A stretch of DNA of 64,000 nucleotides from Podarcis tiliguerta. Lineage: Eukaryota. The notes beneath the pieces were generated by a model that saw nothing but the letters and a program-made list of their open reading frames with translations, was not told where the DNA came from and did not search any database. Numbering within the stretch: the first letter of the stretch is position 1; every line of letters starts with the position of its first letter. The stretch lies in assembly GCA_965153285.1 (NCBI GenBank), contig OZ229114.1, one strand, 5' to 3'. The position numbers and the translations under genes are program-made. This document shows, piece after piece, positions 23,839 through 34,694 of the stretch.

Positions 23839-25500
23839 CCGTATTTTTCGTCCCATAGGACGCTCCGTCCCATAGGACGCACCTACTTTTTTGGGGGGGA
23901 AATAAAGGAAAAATTTTTTTCCCTTTATTTCCCCCCCAAAACCAGGTTGGGGAACAGTGGGATGGCGGCGCTGCGCCTCCCCGCTGTCCCCCGAGCTTGT
24001 GGGGCTGGCCGATGTCTGCCCGGCGCAAGGCTTGCTGACGCTTGAGCGGAGCACGGGGCGTCCTCCGAAGGGCGCCCCGTGTTCCGCGCTGCAGGCTGCC
24101 GCCCGCAAGCCTTGCACGCGGGGGGGAGTTCTCCCCCGGCGCGCAAGGCTTGCTGACGCTTGCGCGGAGCACGGGGAGTCCTCCGAAGGGCGCCCCGTGT
24201 TCCGCGCTGCAGGCTGCCGCCCGCAAGCCTTGCACGCGGGGGGGAGTTCTCCCCCGGCGCGCAAGGCTTGCTGACGCTTGCGCGGAGCACGGGGCGTCCT
24301 CCGAAGGGCGCCCCGTGTTCCGCGCTGCAGGCTGCCGCCCGCAAGCCTTGCGCGCCGGGGGGAGTTCTCCCCCGGTGCGCAAGGCTTGCTGACGCTTGCG
24401 CGGAGCACGGGGCGTCCTCCGAAGGGCGCCCCGTGTTCCGCGCTGCAGGCTGCCGCCCGCAAGCCTTGCGCGCGGGGGGGGTTCTCCCCCGGCGCGCAAG
24501 GCTTGCTGACGCTTGCGCGGAGCACGGGGCGTCCTCCGAAGGGCGCCCCGTGTTCCGCGCTGCAGGCTGCCGCCCGCAAGCCTTGCGCGCGGGGGGGAGT
24601 TCTCCCCCGGCGCGCAAGGCTTGCTGACGCTTGCGCGGAGCAGGGGGCGTCCTCCGAAGGGCGCCCCGTGTTCCGCGCTGCAGGCTGCCGCCGGCAAGCC
24701 TTGCGCGCCGGGGGGGAGTTCTCCCCCGGTGCGCAAGGCTTGCTGACGCTTGCGCGGAGCACGGGGCGTCCTCCGAAGGGCGCCCCGTGTTCCGCGCTGC
24801 AGGCTGCCGCCGGCAAGCCTTGCGCGCGGGGGGGAGTTCTCCCCCGGTGCGCAAGGCTTGCTGACGCTTGCGCGGAGCACGGGGCGTCCTCCGAAGGGCG
24901 CCCCGTGTTCCGCGCTGCAGGCTGCCGCCCGCAAGCCTTGCGCGCGGGGGGGGGAGTTCTCCCCCGGTGCGCAAGGCTTGCTGACGCTTGCGCGGAGCAC
25001 GGGGAGTCCTCCGAAGGGCGCCCCGTGTTCCGCGCTGCAGGCTGCCGCCCGCAAGCCTTGCGCGCGGGGGGGGGAGTTCTCCCCCGGCGCGCAAGGCTTG
25101 CTGACGCTTGCGCGGAGCACGGGGCGTCCTCCGAAGGGCGCCCCGTGTTCCGCGCTGCAGGCTACCGCCCGCAAGCCTTGCGCGCGGGGGGGAGTTCTCC
25201 CCCGGTGCGCAAGGCTTGCTGACGCTTGCGCGGAGCACGGGGCGTCCTCCGAAGGGCGCCCTGTGCTCCGCGCTGCAGGCTGCCGCCCGCAAGCCTTGCG
25301 CGCCCAGGGGAACTCCCCCCAGGTGCGCAAGGCTTGCGGATAGCTTCCTGGAGCCTGGAGAGCAAGAGGTGTCGGTGCGCACCGACGCCTCTCACTCTCC
25401 AGGCTTCCGCGAAAACCTGCATTCGCCCCATAGGACGCACACACATTTCCCCTTCATTTTTGGAGGGGAAAAAGTGCGTCTTATAGGGCGAAAAATACGG
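23839..25500. mobile_element. Tc2-type MITE, 1662 bp, carrying an internal hairpin minisatellite
   Basis: TA TSD (23837-38 / 25501-02), whereas the empty site in the 32526 copy has a single TA. TIRs are CCGTATTTTTCGTCCCATAGGACGC / GCGTCTTATAGGGCGAAAAATACGG. Subterminal sequence is shared with the 23400 MITE. Confidence 0.94.
24026..25337. repeat. GC/CpG-rich tandem array, 11 x 117-120 bp plus a partial unit, two hairpins per unit
   Basis: CAAGGCTTGC unit starts at 24026, 24144, 24262, 24380, 24497, 24615, 24734, 24852, 24972, 25092, 25210 and 25328 (partial). Confidence 0.97.
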
Positions 25501-25954
25501 TAATTTGTTCAGGAGGTCCGTACTTAACCTGAAACTGTTCTTAACCTGAAGACCACTTTAGCTAATGGGGCCTCCTGCTGCTGCCACACCACCATAGCAC
25601 AATTTCTGTTCTCATCTTGAAGCAAAGTTCTTAACCTGAAGCACTATTTTTGGGTTAGCAGAGTCTGTAACCTGAAGCATATGTAACCTGAGGTACCACT
25701 GTATTAGGAACCCTAAATAAATACTAGGACTACTAAGCCTTCTAAGAACTTACTGTGGCCCTTAGGAACTCTACTCAAGACTCCTCAGGTGGTTCTTGTA
25801 TAACAGAAGAAACATTGTAGGAATGTGATTTCCATTCTAAGACAAATAATTCGGCCTCTTTGTAATCTACTCACAGTCATCATTCTCTGCATACTGGCAA
25901 ATGTGGAAGCTTTCCTGTTTATGGTGGACTGCAGTAGTGGGTCAAAGCATAGAG

Positions 25955-26194
25955 CAGGGGTCAGCAACCCTTTTCAGCCGTGGGCCAGTCCACCGTCCCT
26001 CAGACCATGTGGTGGGCCGGACTATATTTTGAAAAAACTATATGAATGAATTCCTGTGCCCCACAAATAACCCAGAGATGCATCTTAAATAAAAGGACAC
26101 ATTCTACTCATGTAAAAATACCCTGATTCCCGGGCCGGATTTAGAAGGCGATTGGGCTGCATGCGGCTCCCGGGCCTTAGGTTGCCTACCCCTG
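25955..26194. mobile_element. hAT (Charlie/Buster-type) MITE monomer
   Basis: TIRs are CAGGGGTCAGCAACC / GGTTGCCTACCCCTG. 8-bp TSD GCATAGAG / GCATACAG. Same family as 38497-39062, in the opposite orientation. Confidence 0.9.
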
Positions 26195-29100
26195 GCATAC
26201 AGCTTGTAGGTGTAACAGGCATTTTGGAATGTGGGGCAAAACCAGATAGGCAGGTGTTTGCGGAAAATCCAAATTGTGCTGCTGTTCCAATTCAGTTTTT
26301 AAAAGTGAGTTTATGTGGGGGAACCCTAAAGGGGGGGGGGGAGAGCACTTGGACATGGCACTTTAAAATGCAGACCTGTGCCTGGAAAGCACAGGGCCAA
26401 AGGTAAGATGTATGAGCTCTGAGTTTCTTGCCTATTGAGAAACATCTTCATACTCATGGGGGCTGAATGTTGTTTCGTTTAAAATGAGATTGAGGGGTGG
26501 GGAAGCTGTGGCCCATCAGATGTTGTTGGACAGAGTTGTATCCTGTGCTGTGTCAGTGGAAGTTCCTCTCCACCCCCCCAGCCCCTCAAAGAAAGCCACA
26601 ACCCTGCTCTGGAGAGCCAGTTTTCTTTTACCTTTAAAGGTTGTGATTGTTTTGAGGTAGCCCATATCTTGTTTGAATCTGCAATCTCTTCCCCTCCTTT
26701 TTATTCACAACTTGAGGAAGTGTAAATTAAAACACGGCACAATTCTTTAAGAAGCTCTTGTTTGTCTTTCCTTGTGTTACAGAGGCCTACTGTTAAAAGA
26801 ACCCAGTTGTAACTTGAGAAACTGAAAAGCATTCTTAATCAATGGACTCTTAACTCTGAAGACTTGAGTAACATGTATTTATTGTTTAGTCGGATAAATA
26901 ATTGATTAGGTTGGGATGACTGCTTTTGTCCATTATTTATTACATATATTTTTTTTACCCCACTTCCCAGCTGCACAAGGACCACAGGCTGCTTACAACA
27001 GGCTAAAGTAGAGTACATACCTGTATAATAAATACGGTAACATTAAATCAAAGCACAGGATAAAACAATAGTGTGAAAGGCAGGAAAGATACCCATCTGC
27101 TAAAATAAATTAGGGTATTAGATCCTTCCTAAAACGTTCTTATTCTGTCTCCTAAGTGCAGGGAGTGAGGGAGTCAGTTGAGTATCTATTGAGATGGTCT
27201 TCCATGCTTTACATAACAGAAGTACAGAGGTATAGTTAGCAGGGAGTATCTTGCTAAGAGGTGGAATGTATGGGAGGAATATTTTGCGGGAGCTTGCTAC
27301 CATTATTTTAACTCTGGCCCCGTAATGTATTGGATCCAATGAAGTTGTTTGAGGGGAGGAGTTATATTTCCTCTATGTTTAATACCAGTCAGCCACCTTG
27401 ACACAGCATTCTGGGCGAATTTAGCTCCACATTGATTGGATTGCAGTGCTTCTTTTTATCAAAACAAGCTCTATGTTAACAATTGTTTTTAGATCCAGAT
27501 TTCCCAGTTGCCGTGCCTGCACAGCCATTGTACCAACCCAAACTTGGAGCAAGTACCTTCTAGGCTGTAGCTGCTTTCAGCAAAGCAGAACCCAGGAGTG
27601 GCCCAATCTTGATCCTTCAGGATGATTTTAATCCCATCATCTAGAACGGGATGACAATATGGCCACCCACTACCCATGACTAAATCATATTGCACTTGAG
27701 CTTCTGTTTATTGCATCCTGTCAGCCCATTATTGATTCCAAGAACCAGTTCAAGGAGCCTACTACTTCACTGGAATTCAAGGAAAAGAAGAGATATCTAC
27801 TAGCAGTTGTTCTTAACCGTGCATTTTATGGAGGCCCCATAAAACCACTATATGCATCTAAACGGGACAGAGTAGAGGTAGGAAGCAGGTGGGGCCATCT
27901 TCAGCCTGGAGAATATGATTAGTAGGGGAAACTGACACCACCTTTGTCCCTATTATTCATCTTTTATGAGCCCTTTTATGGGCCTTTCAGGCTCTGTTTG
28001 TCCATGGAGCTTTTTGGGCAGTGTGGAAATGTTGCAAATAAATGCCAACTGTTGCTAAATATGAAGGGTGAAATAAGGATTTTGTCTGACGAATATGTCA
28101 AAGATAGACTATGCTCTACTTGTTCACTATTGAATTTGATTTTATTAACTGTGCAGTGACTGGTTTGACTGCTACAATGATAGAGGCTTTATAGAGCTGG
28201 GCAGTAAGAATGACCATAGGGCCCAGCTACCTCTTCAGACCTACTTAATGTTGACAGGAGAAAAGAAGTATCTCCTTACATGTATAAACACAAAAAATAT
28301 ATGGCCTCAAATGGAAATGAAGCAAACTAACCCCCAGCGTAGCCTGTTTAGATGTTGACATATTTTGTGTGTGAAGAACTCAGTGACACAATTTTTTTCA
28401 GCCAACTGTAAATCAAGGTCATAGACACTCTTGGCTATCGAGTTGTAACTATTGAGGCTGTTAAGTTCTTTTTCAATACTTCCCCCTCCCCTTTACATAC
28501 ATGGTTGTATAATTATTATTACAGCGCTCAGTTTCTGCTGGCTTTCTTCCAGTAACAACATCCCTGTCTTTTTTCATCACTGAGCAAAAGCAATCTGAAG
28601 GCTCCATAATTCCTTAAATTGGATTTTAATTCTGATCCCCTTACATTCTGTAAACAGAGTGTTTTATGAAACCTCATTGCTTTATGAATAACAAACCAAT
28701 GATAGTTCTTTCTTTATTTATTTTTAAAGTGCAAATATATGTTCATGAAAGGTGCACTTGTTTTCTGAGTTGTGAGCCTGGCGGCCAGTGCAACTGAGAT
28801 AGTCAGAACATGCTTTCCCCTTCAGATGGTTGATCCGACAGATAATTCTATGACCACAGAAGAAGGAGGGCAATACATCTGTGCGGGAAAGGTGATGTGC
28901 AAATCAGCCCCTCAGTGCTCCACTCTGAAATCATGGGCTATGAGTTTTAAGCATGCTTGAACATTTGGAGGGGTCTGAATGTATCATAACCTGGAAATAA
29001 AGTGCAGAGGAAGAAAGACCAATGAGAAGAGGATATTTTATCTCACTAGTGTACTAGTGAATGCATTTGCTTTGCATCTTCTGCTTCCTCCACACCAGCT

Positions 29101-29315
29101 CATAATGTTTTTTTAAAAAAATAAACAGAAACAAACAATTTCCCTTTAATACTTAGTGCTCTGCAAACAAGGCAATGGGCCTTTGATGTTATGTTTATCT
29201 CTTGCTACAGGGCATAGAGACTGAAGACTAGAGCGATTTCCTCTCTTGAGATTATAACCTAAATTAACCCTGAAAACACACCGTTTGCACAACTGGACCT
29301 GTAACAGTCATTTGG

Positions 29316-29525
29316 GTGGAACATATTCAACTAAATAATGGGCCAAGTGGAATAATGTCTGCTTGTGTAACTGGACTTCCCCCATCTCACTTTCCCTGCA
29401 TGTGTCCTGTGTCATTCCCAAATTTGCTACAGAGAGTTGGGGAAACCACCCCTCACAAAAACATATTTGGACAGCTCACAGAGGGGAAGGAGGACATCCA
29501 GTTGTGCAAGTGGAAGTCACTAAAT
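29316..29525. mobile_element. Degenerate MITE with internal inverted arms
   Basis: TCTGCTTGTGTAACTGGA and TCCAGTTGTGCAAGTGGA form imperfect inverted repeats. The ends are uncertain. Confidence 0.35.
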
Positions 29526-29904
29526 ACAACCCCTGCTTGCTTTTTTAAAAAAGGTAATTGCAATGCAATTAATTGTGGCATATAGGGATTATCCTGTGTT
29601 CAAATTTAAAGGTTTATATATTTAGGATTGGAACAAAATTAAGAAAATTCTCAGTATGAATGTATTGGTGTGAGAGCTAATTTTCTGACATACATACGTA
29701 CATGGTAAAAATGACAGAAAATAAGTAGGTGTAAGATTACAATGCTAAATGAAAAGACTTTGAAAAGACTTTTTTCACATACTGAAGAAGAGTAACCAGA
29801 TGGAAAGTAATAGTAGACCTACTTAGAAACATGAATACGTGGGATGTCTTCACTGTGAAGAAATCTACTCCCCTGCAATAAAGTTTGTTATAAAGAGCAA
29901 AATG

Positions 29905-29983
29905 GTTAGGATTCCTGCATTGCAGGGGGTTAGACTAGATGACCCTTGTAGTCTTTTCCAACTCTACAATTCTGTGAGTCTAT
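29905..29983 (+). mobile_element. CR1-type 3' tail (LINE end or CR1-mobilised SINE)
   Basis: GATTCCTGCATTGCAGGGGGTTAGACTAGATGACCC...TTCCAACTCTACAATTCTGTGAGTCTAT ends in a decayed ATTCTRTG octamer tail. Confidence 0.75.
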
Positions 29984-31239
29984 TGACCAATGAGAGATAA
30001 TGTAAGCAGCAGAAAATCAAAAGAAGGCACTTTGTGTCTTAAGTTCTTTTATCTTGGCACTTAAAAAATAAAGGGAGACACTGATTGTTTATGACCACTG
30101 AGTGCTAGTTTACTTTTATGGAAAATTCCCAGATACTCATATTTATTAGAATGCATTTGCCAGTTTTGCAGAATCATAGAGTAGAAGGGGGTTGTTTGTT
30201 ATTTGGAGGACCAGGAGTGGGAGTGCAGCTGTAACCTATGCAGATAAACTTGTTGCTGGTAAATATCAAGAGGGCTGAAAGGAATGTGACAGAACCAGCT
30301 AGCATTTCTTGGGTGTACTCTGAGAAACGTAGTGGGTGAGACATATTTCATTGTAATTGCTGTCACCATCATGGAGTCCACGTGAAAGATGAAGAAACAG
30401 TGCTCGAAAACTTTGGTAAACGATTGTTTTCTAGGAAGTATCTACTTCAGTTACGCAAATTTAAATACCTTTTTGTACTTGCTTATAAATATTTAGGTAT
30501 GCTTTTTAATTTGGATTTTCAGCCTATGCAGCCTTGATGTCTTAAGGCAGGTCTTGCTTGTTGGCTTTATCAAATTTTGATTTGAGTGTTGCAAAATATA
30601 AGTTAGAAAACTGAAGTGCACAATTTGAGTTAGAATCACCTCCGTAATGACTTGAACCCTAGGCATTACTTTCAAACTCAGCATAATAATCACAGATGTA
30701 AGGATATAATTAAAAAATGTTCTCCAAAGTATGAGAGTACCTAAGCCTGAGAATGCATGTATTAAGTGTCCTTGTGCTACAGAGCTGGTACGCTAGAACA
30801 ATCTGAGGGCTGCATTCTGTTATAGGCACCCTTCCAATGGCTGCTTGTCATTACTGGGTGTGGCCAGAGGCAAAGTGGGAGGAGCAATGGATGTGACTTT
30901 TACCTTTCTACAGTAGACAATGTTCTAGCCATGCAACATACACCTTCCCAGTCAGGCAAGCGAGATGTGTCATCACACTTCAACAATATGTTCCAGCTAG
31001 GCAAAAACACTCAAGGAGCATGTGGAAAAAAAGCCAGTGAAGGGTGTGGGCTGGGAGAATACCAAGGACCAGGAAAAGAGGCGTGGAGTTCCACATTTGG
31101 ATCCTGAGCCTGAGTTTCCACACTCCTGATATAAAATATGCTCTTTTCTGAAGAATTTCATTTTGCCTACTTGCTTGTACGTAGAGCACCATCATTGTGC
31201 TTTTGGTGGCACAAGAAGACATACCTGCAGCAATGTTAG

Positions 31240-31419
31240 GGGGAAGGACCACAGCTCAGCAGTAGAGCATCTGCTTTGAATGCAAAGCCCCTAGTTGTCC
31301 CCAGGAGGGTTGGGTGGGAGAAACCCCTGTCTGAAACCCCGGGGAGCTTCTGCCAGTCAGCACTGAGCTAGCTGGACCAATGGTCTGCTTCAGTTCAGTG
31401 TAGCTTCCTGTGTTCCTAA
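31240..31419 (+). mobile_element. Squam3-like tRNA-derived SINE
   Basis: Reads GGGAAGGACCACAGCTCAGCAGTAGAGCATCTGCTTTG...CTGAAACCCCGGGGAGCTTCTGCCAGTCAG...GGACCAATGGTCTG...GCTTCCTGTGTTCCTAA. Confidence 0.78.
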
Positions 31420-32525
31420 TGGGATGGGGAGAGGAAAGAGAAGATGAGGTAAACAGGAAAAGGATGTGCTATTTCAGCTGCAGGTACCTGGCCTTAGTTC
31501 CAGTAGTGCATGGGGAAACCAATCCAGTGATTTGAAACATTCTGATTGAAAGGAAATATGAGAAGCCTGCATATTATGATTCTTAAGGGAGAAATGTCCT
31601 ATAAAATGTGGTTTCCATTTCTCCTCCGCACACCCAAGTTCCCTCGTAGCCATCACACTAGAATTTTCTGGTTAGTTGCTAAAAGAATTAACAGGTTGCC
31701 AAGTTAGCTGCAATCTGAATGTTTTCGTGCACCTATTTAGGTGTCATGGCTTCTCCAGTGCAAAGCATCTTAGGAGGGGGAAATCTGAAGAAGAAACAGG
31801 AGGGAAGGAAGTGTTTTAATCTTCCCTTGACTACTTACTTTCCACAGATTCCGTACATATATCCCACCTGACTTGAACCCTCGTCCTCCTGTTCTGGTCC
31901 CATGTTTACCAACAGGGTCTGAAATGCTGGGGGGGGGGAGTTGGGTTTGGGGGGAGTTTTAAGAGAAAGTTGTTGGTATGGGAGGTGTTAGACTTTCCTC
32001 CTGTTACTTTTCTAATGCTACTCTGCCCTTTCCAAGGGCACTAGACAACAGAGAAGAGGCCAGTGTGTACAACTGCAATGTGTAATGTGCAGCTTGCCCC
32101 TTTCAGTGATGATGTCAGCTGCTGTTCTTAGGTACGAGGGGGTGGATTTCTCATGCTTTATCTTATAAATCCTAAATTAACAGCTGGTTTGGTAAGAGTT
32201 CTTTGGGATCTGACTAAGGGATTATGGCCATTCTCAAGTGAGTCAATCTAGTTTAATTTATTTCAAATCTATAAAAAAAAAATCAATCCGAGCTCTTTTG
32301 AAAGTAAAACTGTAATCAGCCTGCGTACTTAGATGTCAGTGTAGTTGTTCTTTTTTGCTTCCCTGACGAGAAGGGAAAAATTCCAGGCTGCAGCTATGAA
32401 GAATATATTTTAGTAAATATATTGCTTTGTTTCTTTCACGCACCACTAGCAGTTTTTGTAGTTTATTTCAAAGCTTGCTTGCGTTTTGTGAACAGTTAAA
32501 ATCTTCATATACCTGTAAACATATA

Positions 32526-32771
32526 CAGTGGTACCTCGGGTTAAGTACTTAATTTGTTCCAGAGGTCCATTCTTAACCTGAAACTGTTCTTAACCTGAAG
32601 CACCACTTTAGCTAATGGGGCCTCCTGCTGCTGCTGTGCCGCCGGAGCCTGATTTCTGTTCTTATCCTGAAGCAAAGTTCTTAACCTGAAGCACTATTTC
32701 TAGAAGGGTTAGCGGAGTGTGTAACCTGAAGCATATGTAACCTGAAGTGTATGTAAGCCGAGGTACCACTG
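32526..32771. mobile_element. Tigger/pogo-like MITE, intact 246 bp
   Basis: TA TSD. TIRs are CAGTGGTACCTCGG / CCGAGGTACCACTG. Contains repeated TAACCTGAA subterminal motifs. Confidence 0.93.
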
Positions 32772-33250
32772 TACCTGTTTTTTGAAAACCTGAACTTGAA
32801 GTTGTACTTGAATGGGAAACTGGTGCTTTAGTGTTGTTGTTTTTGGAAAAATAAACAAAAAGAAATGTGCTAAATGGTTTGGATCTTCTACAGTTGACCT
32901 ATAGTGTGGATATGACACTTCTCTTCCTTTTAATACTTAACATTTACTTGCATTGGCATAATAAAGGACAATAATTCTAGGCTTCTTAAACTAAGCCAAG
33001 AATAAGTGAGTGAATAATAAATATGATGATGAAGCAAGTCAGGATCTTTATGCTGAAGCCAGCACATAATAATGGAAGGAGAGGGGAGGAGAGAGGGCAC
33101 TTCACTGGGTCCTGATGCTCCTTCCCAGCTTCATAAAGATGACTAATCTTCACATATTCCATCAGAAAGGTTTCTCCTCAGTGTTGTAAATGCATGTTTA
33201 ACCTTCCACCACCATTACTAAATGTGCACTCGTGAACTCATAGATATTCC

Positions 33251-33598
33251 TTTTAAAAAAAATAATTTTTTAATTTGATTTTCAAAGATAAAGAAAGAAA
33301 AAGAAAGCGAAAGAAAATAAACATACATAAAAAAACCATACAATATTCACATATCGAGATTACTCTGAATCTCTTGACTTCTCCCCATCTCCTCCCTGGG
33401 TCCTTTTGATTCTGTTTTCAACTGCATATCAATATTTCTCCAATTTTTCATCTTTCCTAAGTTATTTATACATCCTGTTACATTACAAGTGTGTTTAAAA
33501 TCCTGTTAGTGTTTTGACCTGTTTACAATGATTTTGTATATATATTATAAACATTTCCCATTCTTTTTTTAAAAAATTCTTGTCTTCTTGATTCCTGA
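33251..33598 (-). mobile_element. 5'-truncated L1-clade LINE 3' end
   Basis: 17-bp direct repeat GAACTCATAGATATTCC (33234-33250 / 33599-33615). The minus strand reads ...EWEMFIIYIQNHCKQVKTLTGF* (stop at 33495-33497), then a 3' UTR and A-rich tail. Clade is from recall. Confidence 0.8.
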
Positions 33599-34619
33599 GA
33601 ACTCATAGATATTCCAATCCAGTTTGGATTGGTCAGATCCAAACAAGCGGGGATTGTGACACAATCATTAAGTTGTCAGGCTTTGTCTACTTCTCTAAAA
33701 GCTACTCTTCTTTCAGTAAAATTAACAGATTAAGCTAGTGAGGTGCATATGGTGAGTATGTTGTCAAAACAAAACAAAGGCTGCTTAATTAGCAACAACA
33801 ACAGCAACAACATTTTTAAAAAATAAATAAATTGAGAGGAACGTGAACAGCACAGGAAGGAAAGATATGTAGGTTTATTTTGAAAAATGAGGCTGTGAAT
33901 CAAGAAGTGACATTGCTTCCAGCTCACTTTAAAGAGCTCAGTTGCCACTGTAACTTAACCCCCAGGGCATAGAGGGATGTTCTAGATTTTGTGAAGCCCG
34001 GGATCCAGTCTCCAGATGCACTGGCAGGGAAGTTCAGAGCTTTGTTACATACACAAATGAAGGCTAGTGCACATGTAAAAGAGCCAAACGTTTAACTTGA
34101 TTAAGAAATTGGAAGTGTACTGCCAGATCATGGGCTCCTCATTCACAGGCCTGCAGTAAAATGATTCACCCGCACTGATGTGAACGTGTTAACGGTTCAT
34201 CTAAAAATGGAATTTCTGGACAGTATTCAAAGAAATTAAAATTACAAGTATATTGTTAAACCAATTTATATTGGTTTAATAATATTATTATATTATACAA
34301 TTATATTATTAAACCAATTTATATTATATTGGTATATTGAGGTCATGCATGTAAAATGTTCATTTGCACTAGATAACTTGATTCCTGGCACATAGAACAC
34401 ATATTACAATACATATGGGTAGCAGAGCTAATGATGGAATGGCCTTCTTTGCTTCCCTATCTCTCAAAAAGCATCCTACATAAAAAGAGGATTTTTAGCT
34501 AGTTAAACAGTGAACAAATCTCATATCAGGAAGGAGGAGTAAGATCTTAGTAGCTGGCTTGGCCTGAAAGCTTATATCAATAATTACCTCATTGCTTGCT
34601 CCTGGTTGTTCTGACAATA

Positions 34620-34694
34620 CCTGCCTGTAGGAAGGGAACTGGAAAAGATGACCTTCTATCCCTTATAACCCTACAATTCTGTGGTTTTGTGATG
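34620..34694 (+). mobile_element. Decayed CR1-type 3' end
   Basis: Reads AGATGACCTTCTATCCCTTATAACCCTACAATTCTGTGGTTTTGTGAT. Confidence 0.5.

Larger units (their letters stand above)
23813..25701. mobile_element. Tigger/pogo-like MITE (outer, interrupted)
   Basis: TA TSD (23811-12 / 25702-03). TIRs are CAGTGGTACCTCAGGTTA / TAACCTGAGGTACCACTG. It matches the uninterrupted copy at 32526-32771. Confidence 0.93.

Noticed and set aside
24026-25337. CRISPR-like array
   Set aside because: The units are near-identical with no unique spacers, there are no cas genes, and the context is vertebrate.
24026-25337. Hammerhead ribozyme satellite or retrozyme (CTGACG lies between two stems)
   Set aside because: The core needs CUGANGA and GAAA plus a third helix. 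The unit has CTGACGC and no GAAA.
24026-25337. Tandem 5S rRNA genes (unit about 118-120 bp)
   Set aside because: There is no 5S sequence similarity, internal control region or T-run terminator. Only the length coincides.
23828-25444. Long ORFs of 538, 485, 326 and 314 aa over the GC-rich array
   Set aside because: The consensus unit has no stop codon on the minus strand and its length is usually not a multiple of 3, so overlapping frames cycle the same three peptides. There is no transposase or other domain. This is repeat read-through.
26760-26870. Possible coding exon after a strong pyrimidine tract and AG (...CCTTGTGTTACAG)
   Set aside because: All three frames stop within about 45 nt and there is no good donor site. 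A non-coding exon cannot be excluded.
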